A DNA stretch of 64,000 bases from an uncultured Solirubrobacterales bacterium (GCA_963774075.1 CAVZDP010000005.1:260360-324359), one strand, 5' to 3'. Positions 28,858 through 38,813 are shown, counted from the stretch's first letter. Made by a program: numbers and translations. The notes: generated from the letters alone by a model not told the origin.

Positions 28858-29913
28858 TCAAGCCGTCGGGTCCAGGACGACCTTCAGCGCCTCCTTCTTG
28901 TCGAACATCTCGTAGCCCTTCGGCGCCTCGTCCAGCGGCAGGCGGTGGGAGATGATGGCTTTCGGATCGATGCGCCCGTCGCGCACCAGCTCCAGCAGCT
29001 CGTCCATGTGTCCTTGAATGTTGGCGACGCCCGCCACCACGCTGATGTTCTTCAGCCACATGTCGCCGATCGGTATCGAGGCCTGGTCCTCCACGTACAT
29101 GCCGGGAAGAGAGATCGTCCCGCCCTGACGCACGAGCTTGAAGGTCGTCGCGAGCGCCGACTCGTGACCGACGGCGTCAACCACGACGTCCGCTCCGCGC
29201 CACTCGGTCATGTCGCGCACCACGTCCTCGGGGTCGGTCTCCTTGGGATTGACCGGCACGGCGCCGAGGCTCTCGGCGAGCTTCAGGCGCTCGGGCACCA
29301 TGTCGATCGCGACCACACGCCCGGCTCCGAGAGCCCGCGCGGACATCACGGTGCAGAGCCCGACCGGTCCGCAGCCGACGACAGCCACGACGTCTCCCGG
29401 CACCAATCCGGCCTTTCGGACGGCGTCGTAGCCGGTCGTGAGGATGTCGCCGACGAAGAGGATGTCCTCGTCGTCGAGGCCGTCCTGCGGCATCTTGCGG
29501 AGGGTGAGGTCCGCCTCGGGGATGCGCATGTACTCCGACTGGGCGCCGGAGAGGTCGCCGAACGCCATGCCCATGCCGAAAACCCGGATCGAGGTGCATT
29601 TCATGAAGATGCCGCGCCGACAGAACCAGCACTTGCCGCAGGCGACGAAGAACGACCCCACCACGCGGTCGCCTTCCTCGAACTGCGTCACGACGTCGCC
29701 CTTGGCCTCGATCGTCCCCGTGTACTCGTGGCCCAGCACGAACCCCTCCTCGATCTCGAGGCGGCCGTGATACGGGTGCAGGTCGGTGCCGCAGATCGCC
29801 GCGCGATCGACGCGCAGCAGCACGTCTCCGGGCTCCTCGATCGTTGGCTTGGGCACCTCCTCGACCCGGACGTCGCCCGGCCCATAGAAGGCGACACCCT
29901 TCATGGTTGCCAT
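28858..29913 (-). CDS. zinc-dependent alcohol/formaldehyde dehydrogenase family (MDR)
   Basis: Catalytic Zn CGTDLH...GHEYTGTI, structural Zn CGKCWFCRRG...C, Rossmann VAVVGCGPVGL. Confidence 0.85.
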   Translation of the reverse strand: MATMKGVAFYGPGDVRVEEVPKPTIEEPGDVLLRVDRAAICGTDLHPYHGRLEIEEGFVLGHEYTGTIEAKGDVVTQFEEGDRVVGSFFVACGKCWFCRRGIFMKCTSIRVFGMGMAFGDLSGAQSEYMRIPEADLTLRKMPQDGLDDEDILFVGDILTTGYDAVRKAGLVPGDVVAVVGCGPVGLCTVMSARALGAGRVVAIDMVPERLKLAESLGAVPVNPKETDPEDVVRDMTEWRGADVVVDAVGHESALATTFKLVRQGGTISLPGMYVEDQASIPIGDMWLKNISVVAGVANIQGHMDELLELVRDGRIDPKAIISHRLPLDEAPKGYEMFDKKEALKVVLDPTA

Positions 29914-29962
29914 GTTCCCCTCTTCCCGCTAGTGAGCTTGTCGCGAGCATAATCACATATTC

Positions 29963-30015
29963 CGCCGGCTCCGCCGGCGGAGCAGTCCGGAATTCGCTCA
30001 GGCGCGAATTCCGGG
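29963..30015. promoter_or_regulatory. two structured elements in the adh/fetAB divergent region
   Basis: 29962-29979 is TCCGCCGGC x2, which also folds as CCGCCGG-ctccg-CCGGCGG. 29988-30015 is a perfect 11-bp inverted repeat, CCGGAATTCGC-tcaggc-GCGAATTCCGG. An AT-rich CATAAT lies at 29949-29954. Confidence 0.35.
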
Positions 30016-30048
30016 AGTTCTGATGCCCGACGGCGGCCTGTTCTCACA

Positions 30049-30708
30049 ATGTCCGTGACCCAATCCCTATTCGAGCTCGACGATGTGACGCTGTCTCGTG
30101 CCGGCTCCGCGGTCCTCACCGGCGTCAGCGCCAGCCTGCCGATCGGGGCCTGCGCGATCGCGGGGCCCTCGGGCTGTGGCAAATCGTCGCTGCTGCGGCT
30201 GCTGAACAGGCTCGCCGACCCCGACGGCGGCGAGGTGCGCTATCGCGGCCGCCCCGTCGCCGAGTACGACGTGCTCTCGCTGCGGCGCGAGGTGTGCCTG
30301 GTGCCGCAGCTGCCTGCCCCGGTCGAGGGGACCGTCGCGGACAACGTCGCCTACGGGGCAAGATTGGCGGGAAAGCCGGAGCCTGCCGCGCAGGTGCTCG
30401 AGCTCGTCGGGCTCGATGCGAGCTTCGCCGATCGCGACGCGGCCAAGCTTTCCGTCGGCGAGCAGCAGCGCGTGATGCTGGCGCGGGCGCTAGCCCTCGA
30501 GCCGAGGGTGCTCCTCCTCGACGAGCCGACGTCGGCGCTCGACGAGGCGGCGCGGGACGCGGTCGAGGCGACCCTAGTACGGCTGCGCGACACCCTCGAC
30601 CTCTCCATCGTGCTGGTCACGCACGACCTCGAGCAGGCCGGACGGCTCGCGGAGTGGATCCTGCGGCTCGACCATGGCCGCGTCAACGAGCACCAGCGGG
30701 TGGTCTAG
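30049..30708 (+). CDS. fetA: ABC transporter ATP-binding protein, FetA/YbbL type
   Basis: Walker A GPSGCGKSS, signature LSVGEQQR, Walker B LLLDEPTSALD. Paired with a FetB-like permease. Confidence 0.8.
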   Translation: MSVTQSLFELDDVTLSRAGSAVLTGVSASLPIGACAIAGPSGCGKSSLLRLLNRLADPDGGEVRYRGRPVAEYDVLSLRREVCLVPQLPAPVEGTVADNVAYGARLAGKPEPAAQVLELVGLDASFADRDAAKLSVGEQQRVMLARALALEPRVLLLDEPTSALDEAARDAVEATLVRLRDTLDLSIVLVTHDLEQAGRLAEWILRLDHGRVNEHQRVV

Positions 30709-30734
30709 TGGCCTGTTCCGGGAAGGGCCACTAG

Positions 30735-31514
30735 GTGGTGCCGCCGATCGACATCGGCCCGGGCGATGTGCTCGCCACCCTGGCGTTGGTCGCACTCGCG
30801 GTCGGCGTCTCGCTCTGGCAGCGAGCGTCGCTCGAGACCGAAATCGGCATCGCGGTGCTTCGCTCGTTCGTGCAGCTGACGGCGATCGGCTACGTGATCA
30901 AGCTGATCTTCGAGCAGGACCAGCTCGCCTTCGTCGTGGCGCTGATCGCTGTGATGGTCGTATTCGGAGCCCTGACGGCAAGCCACCGTGCGCGCCGGGT
31001 GCCAGGCGCCTTCTGGCCGCTGCTGGTGGCGCTCGCGCTGGCGGGCTCGACCACGCTGGTGCTGGTCGTCGCGCTCGGGGTGTTCGAGCCCGAGCCGCGC
31101 TTCCTCGTCCCGGTCGGCGGCATGGTCGTGGGCAACTCGATGACGGCCGCCGCCGTCGCGCTCAACCGGCTCGGCGACGACGTGCGGGCCTCGGCGAACC
31201 AGATCGAGGCCACGCTGGCGCTCGGCGCCACCGCGACGCAGGCGATGCTCCCGATCGTGCGACGGTCCCTGCGCTCGGCCATGATCCCGTTGATCGACTC
31301 CACCAAGACCACGGGCTTGATCTTCTTTCCGGGGACGATGGTCGGCATGCTGCTCGCCGGCGCCGAGCCGATCGACGCAGTACGGCTCCAGCTGATCCTG
31401 CTCTACAGCCTGCTGGGAAGCGTTGCCCTGGCAGGCTTGACAGCGGTCGGCCTGGCCCACCGCAACTTCTTCACGCCCGCGCACCAGCTGCGGGAATTTC
31501 CCGCGGCAGACTGA
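30735..31514 (+). CDS. fetB: FetB/YbbM (UPF0014) iron-export ABC permease
   Basis: ...IAVLRSFVQLTAIGYVIKLIF...VGGMVVGNSMTAAAVALNRL...TKTTGLIFFPGTMVGML... Confidence 0.75.
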   Translation: MVPPIDIGPGDVLATLALVALAVGVSLWQRASLETEIGIAVLRSFVQLTAIGYVIKLIFEQDQLAFVVALIAVMVVFGALTASHRARRVPGAFWPLLVALALAGSTTLVLVVALGVFEPEPRFLVPVGGMVVGNSMTAAAVALNRLGDDVRASANQIEATLALGATATQAMLPIVRRSLRSAMIPLIDSTKTTGLIFFPGTMVGMLLAGAEPIDAVRLQLILLYSLLGSVALAGLTAVGLAHRNFFTPAHQLREFPAAD

Positions 31515-31569
31515 ATGAACCCTGAGGGCCCTCTTCAGGCCAACCCCACCCCGGCAGGGAAGGGCTACC

Positions 31570-31977
31570 TCAGGGAAGCCCCGCCGGCTCGCGGCTTGAC
31601 GGCTCAGCGTCCACGACCGTGACCGATCCCCGCATGCCGGCGAACAGCGTGCACACGTAGCGGTACTGCCCGGGCTTTCGGAACTTTCGGTACCAGCGGC
31701 CGTCACTGCGCGCAGCGGCGCCGCGACGACTCGCGCCTTTCGGCAGCTTCGTGAAGGCGAGGTCGTGACGGTTGTCGCCCTTCCAGGTCCATTTCACGAT
31801 CTCGCCGCTCTGAATGGTCAGCGAACGGGGGGAGAAGAAGTTGTCCCGGACCGCCACGCGCCCGTCCACCGGGCGCCGCTGCTCCGAGCTGCCGCCCGAG
31901 GCCGGCGCGACAAAGAGCACCGCGGCGAGCGTTGACGCGATCGCCACGGCGGGTTTGAGAACCGCCTTCGATCGCAT
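31570..31977 (-). CDS. secreted cupredoxin-fold protein with a degenerate copper site
   Basis: Signal peptide MRSKAVLKPAVAIASTLAAVLFVAPASG. Paralog of the next gene, but its C-terminal ligand loop is YVCTLFAGM (C-x2-F-x2-M), which lacks the loop His. Confidence 0.65.
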   Translation of the reverse strand: MRSKAVLKPAVAIASTLAAVLFVAPASGGSSEQRRPVDGRVAVRDNFFSPRSLTIQSGEIVKWTWKGDNRHDLAFTKLPKGASRRGAAARSDGRWYRKFRKPGQYRYVCTLFAGMRGSVTVVDAEPSSREPAGLP

Positions 31978-32023
31978 ACCGATTTTCGCGCCCCCAGGGG
32001 CACGCGGATTCGGAATCAACCGT

Positions 32024-32395
32024 CTAGTCGACTACTACTCGGCCCTTCATACCGACATCCTCGTGAATCGTGCATACGTACCGGAAGGTGCCCTTCCTGC
32101 TGAACGTGCGCGCGAATCGGCCACTCGCCTTCGTCGTCGAGCCCTTCGGACGCTTGGCCCCTGCCGGCACCTTCCTGAACCGCACGTTGTGGTCCGCGGA
32201 GCCCTTCCAGCGCCAGACCACCTTGTCCCCTTGCGCCACGGTCACGGCCCTCGGGCTGAACAAGTCGTCATTCACCGACACGTTCTTCGTGTCGGCTGCG
32301 GTGACCCCTGAGCCGCCGAGCGCCGGCGCCGCGAGGAGAGCTACGGCCGCTGCGACGCCCGCTGCAAGCAGCACGAGCCTGGAACTGAAGCGCAT
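32024..32395 (-). CDS. secreted type-1 (blue) copper protein, plastocyanin/amicyanin-like
   Basis: Signal peptide MRFSSRLVLLAAGVAAAVALLAAPALG. N-terminal His ligand in GSADHNVRF. Canonical C-x2-H-x4-M loop YVCTIHEDVGM. Confidence 0.75.
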   Translation of the reverse strand: MRFSSRLVLLAAGVAAAVALLAAPALGGSGVTAADTKNVSVNDDLFSPRAVTVAQGDKVVWRWKGSADHNVRFRKVPAGAKRPKGSTTKASGRFARTFSRKGTFRYVCTIHEDVGMKGRVVVD

Positions 32396-32453
32396 AGAGC
32401 CCTTTTCCCTCCCCACAAGTGGTCTCGACAAGACGGATCTTAGGCAACCCACC

Positions 32454-33863
32454 CTAAGCTCGCGCCGCTTCCGTCGCGATGGCCGCTCGCAGAGCCGGGA
32501 GGTAGCGGAAGATGGCCTCGTCGCGACGAGCGAACCTCTCCTCGGCGTACTTGGCCATGTCGAGGAAGGACGCGCTGCGAGCCTCCCCCGTGTCCGGTCG
32601 GGCGGTCTCCCACTTGGAGCGCGCCTCCTGCTCCGACTTCGTGAAGTAGTGGTTGATGCGCAGCCGCGAGTACGAGAGATACGTGCTCCGCGCCCCGTCG
32701 ATCGGATAGCGGTTCTCGTCGATGGTCTGGCCGCTGTCGTACGTGAAGAAGTGAGGGTTCATGCAATCGACCGCTCGCGCCGGGTCGACGATCGACTTGA
32801 TCTCTCGCGAGCCGAAGCTGCGCGTGTAGCTCTCGGTCACGAGCCCAGGAGGCTTCGCGTCGTGCCCGGACGGTCCGAAGATCGCCATGTTCACGCCGAC
32901 GCCGGGCTCGCCCTCGTATTCGGAGAGCAGGTCGGGGAGCGGCCGCCCCGCGGGCGAGAACAGGAACTCGTCGGTGTCGACGAAAGCGATCCAGCGCGAG
33001 CCGTCGGCGTGCGTCTGGAGGCAGTCTCGAAACGCGGATACCTGCGGCGGGAAGTCCGGCCAGTCGCGCAGCACGACGAGCGCCGAGTCGACGTAGGGCT
33101 CCAGGAGCTCGCGCTGAGCCTCCCTGTCGCCGTTGTTGTAGAGGAAGAAGCGTTCCACTCCCACGAGCCGATGGAACTCGAGCCACTCGACCAGGTACGG
33201 AGCGTCGTAGCCCAGGCATGAGCAGAGCGAGAGGTACGGCTTGCCGCGGCGCGGGCGACGACCCGATGGGCTCGCTGTCGCTCGCCGTGTGCCCTCGACG
33301 CCGCGCAGCTCGGAGGTCGTGGGATCGAACCGCAGCGAGGCCAGGAAGATGAGCGCCTGGACGTCGAGCATGTCCCGCACCGGCGTGCCCCCCTCGCGCA
33401 GCAGGGCCTCGACGCGCCGGGCGAGCGCCAGCGAGCTCTCGTAGTGCTCACGCGCCGAACCGCCTTGCTCCACCGGGAGCCCGAGAGCCAATCCGACGTT
33501 GCGGTACCTCCAAGCGTGCACGACGGGGACGGAGTGCGGGGCGAGCGCGAAGTTGAACAGCGAGCCGGCCGCCAGCGCATGGCGCGGTCGCCACTCCAGG
33601 CCCGCGGCTCGACAAGCCGCCTTCGCCCGTTCGCAGAAGCGGCCGAGCCGCTCCTGGTCGTCGGCCCGATCGTCCAGGAAGCCGGCTAAAGCCTGGCGGA
33701 GCGAGCGCTCGTCGCCGTTCGCCCAGCCCTGCAGCCAATCGGCCGCGGCGACCGGCAAGAGCGGGTAGGGCCGGGCCGGCACGAGGATGCGCGTGAACAG
33801 AGCGTCGAGCCTCGTGGGCAAATCGACGCCGTCCCTGCCGGCGAGCAGGACGTCCTTCGCCAT
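32454..33863 (-). CDS. GT92/DUF23-type glycosyltransferase domain protein with an uncharacterised N-terminal domain
   Basis: C-half: YLVEWLEFHRLVGVERFFLYNNGD...QVSAFRDCLQ...WIAFVDTDEFLFSP (GT92-like pattern with DxDEF). The N-terminal ~210 aa are helical and carry no motif I recognise. Confidence 0.6.
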   Translation of the reverse strand: MAKDVLLAGRDGVDLPTRLDALFTRILVPARPYPLLPVAAADWLQGWANGDERSLRQALAGFLDDRADDQERLGRFCERAKAACRAAGLEWRPRHALAAGSLFNFALAPHSVPVVHAWRYRNVGLALGLPVEQGGSAREHYESSLALARRVEALLREGGTPVRDMLDVQALIFLASLRFDPTTSELRGVEGTRRATASPSGRRPRRGKPYLSLCSCLGYDAPYLVEWLEFHRLVGVERFFLYNNGDREAQRELLEPYVDSALVVLRDWPDFPPQVSAFRDCLQTHADGSRWIAFVDTDEFLFSPAGRPLPDLLSEYEGEPGVGVNMAIFGPSGHDAKPPGLVTESYTRSFGSREIKSIVDPARAVDCMNPHFFTYDSGQTIDENRYPIDGARSTYLSYSRLRINHYFTKSEQEARSKWETARPDTGEARSASFLDMAKYAEERFARRDEAIFRYLPALRAAIATEAARA

Positions 33864-33954
33864 CCCGGCGACCTCGAGCGCGCCCTCGCGCTCTTCGGCG
33901 TCGAAGCGGGGGTTGGCGAGCAGGTGAGCCGCGAGCGCGCGAAACCGCGTGGCG

Positions 33955-35616
<1,662 letters not shown>

Positions 35617-35655
35617 GGACCTAGTGTAATTCGGCGCCGGGCGTCAGCCGAGCCG

Positions 35656-36504
35656 CTACTTGGGGGGCTCGGGGCCGGATGCGGATGGCGCGGCGTCGCT
35701 CGTCGCGTTGTCGCGCTGTCCCGCCCAATCGACCAGTGCGTACTGGCGGTAGCTGGAAGTGCCGTCGATCCAGGCTGCGAGTGACCGGGCGCGGGTCTGG
35801 GACACCTTGCGCGCCCCGGGGTCTGTTATCTCCACGACGTTTGGTTCGAGTTTCACCCAGTCGTGCCTCAGCAACACTCTCAGTCCCCCGATCGTGGCCT
35901 TGTTGATGTAGTAGTCCCGTGCCCAGCGGCGCTGGATCGCGACCAGCTCTGGATCGGTGTCCGGGTCCTCTCCCCTCATCAGCGCGCGCGAGTACTCCGT
36001 ACCCTCTTCCTCGCCCTGCTGGACCCTGTCGCGTGGGCGCTTCTGCTCCATGACGGTGAACTCTTCCAGACACATGTCCGGGGTGTTCTTGTGCGTCGCC
36101 GGGTAGAAGTCCTCGACCACCGCAGCAAGACGAGCATGGTGCTCTGGGGGGACGGTCGGGGGCTGCACGCCCTCGGGATCGTGGTCGTCGAGGCGGCCGT
36201 CGAGCGTCTCCATCAGGATCGGAATCAAACGAGCGAACACCTTGGACGTAGCCCCTCCGCCAAAGATGGAGTCCTGGAGGATCCACTTTTGAGCTTTTGC
36301 GCGCATGCGCATGCCTCTCACGGGAAGGCCGTGTTCGCGGATCGCCATCAAGAGGTCGAAACCGCACGAGACGAGTTGAAAGGCCCGCTCGGGAGGCGAG
36401 TTTCCCGGCTTCATGAGGTCGTCTTCAGGATCGACGTCGAAGTCGAGCGCCGACCCTTTCAGGGCGTCGAGCCTCACCTTCCGCACGCGCCGATCTCGAG
36501 TCAC
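35656..36504 (-). CDS. hypothetical protein (no recognisable family), locally lower GC
   Basis: Open 282-codon frame with plausible codon usage. Several 60-nt stretches are near 50-55% GC against ~70% in the flanks. GTG start 12 nt after the upstream HAD stop. No motif recognised. Confidence 0.5.
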   Translation of the reverse strand: MTRDRRVRKVRLDALKGSALDFDVDPEDDLMKPGNSPPERAFQLVSCGFDLLMAIREHGLPVRGMRMRAKAQKWILQDSIFGGGATSKVFARLIPILMETLDGRLDDHDPEGVQPPTVPPEHHARLAAVVEDFYPATHKNTPDMCLEEFTVMEQKRPRDRVQQGEEEGTEYSRALMRGEDPDTDPELVAIQRRWARDYYINKATIGGLRVLLRHDWVKLEPNVVEITDPGARKVSQTRARSLAAWIDGTSSYRQYALVDWAGQRDNATSDAAPSASGPEPPK

Positions 36505-36516
36505 TGCGCTCTGAGG

Positions 36517-37299
36517 CTACCGCAGCCGCCCGCCGCGTCGGTTTGGGCGCCCGCGCCGGCGCACGGCGAGCCAGCTTCCGCTTCCTCCAACGGCTCCCGC
36601 GGCAAGCACGGCGGCCGTGAAGCGCAGCCGCTGGCCGAGCTTCTCGAACCGCAGCACCTCCCAGCCCTCGCGCTTGGCGACCTCCGCCAGGGCCGCGTCT
36701 GGATTTACCGCGACCGGGTGTCCGACGGCCTGGAGCATCGGCAGGTCGGAAGCCGAGTCGGAGTAGGCCCATGACGACGCGAGGTCTATCCCTCGCTCGG
36801 TCGCGAACTCACGCATGCCCTGCGCCTTCCCCTCGCCGTACATGAACGGACCGCCGAGCGCCCCCGTATAGACATTGTCGACGATCTCGGACCGGGTGCC
36901 GGCGGCGCCGTCCATCGCCAGCACGTGCGCGAGCATCTCCGCCATCTCGTGCGAGGCCGCCGTGACGATGAAGGCGGGACGGCCAGCGTCCTGGTGCTCC
37001 CGCACGACGGCCATCATCTGCGGATAGACACGTGGCAGCACTCCCGCGAGCACGTCGGGCGTGACGCGCGCGAGGTCAACGACGCGACGCCCCGCGATCG
37101 CCGCCATCACGCGCTTGAGCAGCGCGTTCACACCCGCGTCGGTGGAGCCGCGCACCCGGAAGCGGATTTGCTCGAGCGCGTCGCGCGCAAGCTTGCGCCG
37201 CGACAGGTTGCCGGCTTTGTACATCGCGCGGCCGAAGTGGTACGCGCTCGATCCCGCCATCAGCGTGCGGTCGAGGTCGAAGAACGCGGCTGCGCTCAT
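36517..37299 (-). CDS. HAD-IB family hydrolase (SerB-like phosphatase)
   Basis: FFDLDRTLMAGSS (DxD motif I), ...IVTAASHEM..., GEGKAQ...YSDSASDLPML (motifs III/IV). Confidence 0.8.
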   Translation of the reverse strand: MSAAAFFDLDRTLMAGSSAYHFGRAMYKAGNLSRRKLARDALEQIRFRVRGSTDAGVNALLKRVMAAIAGRRVVDLARVTPDVLAGVLPRVYPQMMAVVREHQDAGRPAFIVTAASHEMAEMLAHVLAMDGAAGTRSEIVDNVYTGALGGPFMYGEGKAQGMREFATERGIDLASSWAYSDSASDLPMLQAVGHPVAVNPDAALAEVAKREGWEVLRFEKLGQRLRFTAAVLAAGAVGGSGSWLAVRRRGRPNRRGGRLR

Positions 37300-37353
37300 C
37301 GCGTCGGCTTCGGTGGCTTCGAGGTCAGACGCAGGCCGGGCGGTCGATCGGCC

Positions 37354-38538
37354 TCAGCGGCCGTTGACCTCGACGATCACGGCGTCGCCCTGGCCGCCGC
37401 CCGAGCAGATTGCGGCGCAGCCGAGCCCGCCCCCACGGCGACGAAGCTCGTGTACGAGCGCGCCGAGGATGCGGGCGCCAGACGCCCCGATCGGGTGGCC
37501 GAGCGCAATCGCCCCGCCGTTCACGTTCACGAGCTCGTCGTCGATTCCGAGCATGCGGACGGAGTTGATTGCGACCGAGGCAAACGCCTCGTTTATCTCC
37601 CAGAGATCGATCTGGTCCGCGCTCAGGCCCGCCTTTTCAAGCGCCAGCGCGGCCGCCTTGGCGGGTGTACGCGCGAGGTAGGCGAATTCGTCCGCGACCT
37701 CTCCGGTCGCGACTATGTGCGCGAGCGGCGAACGGCCCACCTTCTTCGCCCATTCCTCGGACGCGAGCACGAGCGCTCCCGCTCCGTCGTTCACGCCCGG
37801 CGCGTTGCCGGCGGTGTGCGAGCCGTCCTTCACGTACATCGGCGGCAGCTTGGCCAGCGCCTCGAGGGAGGTGTCGCGGCGCGGCGCCTCGTCCACTTCC
37901 ACGAGCGTCTCGCCCTTCTTCGAGGTCACTTTCACCGGCACGATCTCCTCGGGAAGGCGGCCCTCGTCGGTCGCCCTGATCGCCAGCTCGTGACTTCGAA
38001 GCGCCCAGCGGTCCATGTCAGGCCGCGTCAGCTCGAGCTCTGCGGCCACCTCACTCGCCTCCTGCATCATGTGCTTGCCGCTGAAGGGGTTCGTGAGCCC
38101 GTCGTTGATCATGGCGTCGATCGCCTTCGCGTCGCCCATGCGATAGCCGAAGCGGGCCTGCGGAAGCAGGTACGGAGCGCTCGACATGCTCTCCATGCCG
38201 CCCGCGACCGCGGTCTCCAGGTCTCCAACGCGCACGGCCTGGTCGACCAGGGCGACCGAGCGGATGCCCGACGCGCAGACCTTGTTGATGGTCTCCGAGG
38301 GAACTTCCTTCGGTATGCCCCCCTTGATCTGGGCCTGGCGGGACGGGATCTGACCCTGGCCGGCCTGGAGCACCTGGCCGAACACGACCTTCTGCACCTG
38401 CTCCGGCGCGACCTCGGCGCGCTCGAGCGCGCCCGCGATCGCCATGCCCCCGAGGTCCGTGGCGTCGAACGACTTCAGGGCGCCGCCGAGCTTTGCGAAT
38501 GGCGTCCGTGCGGCGCTGAGGATCACTGTCTGTGGCAT
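37354..38538 (-). CDS. acetyl-CoA C-acetyltransferase (thiolase II)
   Basis: Active-site Cys INKVCASGI, NVNGGAIALGHPIGASGARI, AAICSGGGQGDA. Confidence 0.92.
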   Translation of the reverse strand: MPQTVILSAARTPFAKLGGALKSFDATDLGGMAIAGALERAEVAPEQVQKVVFGQVLQAGQGQIPSRQAQIKGGIPKEVPSETINKVCASGIRSVALVDQAVRVGDLETAVAGGMESMSSAPYLLPQARFGYRMGDAKAIDAMINDGLTNPFSGKHMMQEASEVAAELELTRPDMDRWALRSHELAIRATDEGRLPEEIVPVKVTSKKGETLVEVDEAPRRDTSLEALAKLPPMYVKDGSHTAGNAPGVNDGAGALVLASEEWAKKVGRSPLAHIVATGEVADEFAYLARTPAKAAALALEKAGLSADQIDLWEINEAFASVAINSVRMLGIDDELVNVNGGAIALGHPIGASGARILGALVHELRRRGGGLGCAAICSGGGQGDAVIVEVNGR

Positions 38539-38610
38539 CAGGAAGACCTCTCGTAGAAGTGCGGGCTCCGGAGAACCATGCTAACGGAGCCCCTGCAGAG
38601 TCCCATGAGA

Positions 38611-38798
38611 CGCCTACGGCGCCTACACGGCCTCAAACGAATACCGGGCCGCCTTCGGCGGACACCTAAAGGCCTGTGAGTCCGCTGCGGCGCCTACGGC
38701 GCCTACGCGGCCTCAAACGAATACCGGGCCGCCTTCGGCGGACACCTAAAGGCCTGTGAGTCCGCTGCGGCGCCTACGGCGCCTACGCGGCCTCAAAC
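38611..38798. repeat. 80-bp intergenic tandem repeat, 2.35 copies
   Basis: Unit: cgcctacggcgcctacRcggcctcaaacgaataccgggccgccttcggcggacacctaaaggcctgtgagtccgctgcgg, at 38611-38690 and 38691-38770 with one mismatch (38627 a vs 38707 g). A third, 28-bp partial copy spans 38771-38798. Each unit carries GCCTACR twice, 10 bp apart, and a CCGCC-ttc-GGCGG hairpin. Confidence 0.95.
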
Positions 38799-38799
38799 C

Positions 38800-38805
38800 T
38801 ATACT
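38800..38805 (+). promoter_or_regulatory. -10-like TATACT 8 nt upstream of the pepA ATG (possible leaderless transcript)
   Basis: TATACT starts exactly where the third repeat copy diverges (full copies have GAATAC here). It is followed by 8 nt gcgcggcc with no SD, then the ATG at 38814. Confidence 0.4.
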
Positions 38806-38813
38806 GCGCGGCC

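Noticed and set aside
35656-36504. Calling the low-GC orphan gene a mobile element or prophage remnant.
   Set aside because: No integrase, transposase, flanking direct or inverted repeats, or tRNA target is visible. Only the compositional deviation is supported, so it is reported as a finding rather than as a mobile element.
38605-38759. Small Arg-rich peptide ORFs inside the 80-bp repeat: ATG 38605-38679 (MRRLRRLHGLKRIPGRLRRTPKGL) and GTG 38676-38759, chained by GTGA overlaps.
   Set aside because: The 80-bp period is not a multiple of 3. There is no SD. The composition is what GC-rich non-coding DNA yields, and the third copy reads out of frame into pepA. I treat this as a curiosity only, unless ribosome profiling says otherwise.
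38611-38798. Possible CRISPR array.
   Set aside because: The repeats are directly contiguous with no unique spacers, the unit is 80 bp, there are only 2.35 copies, and no cas genes are in the window.
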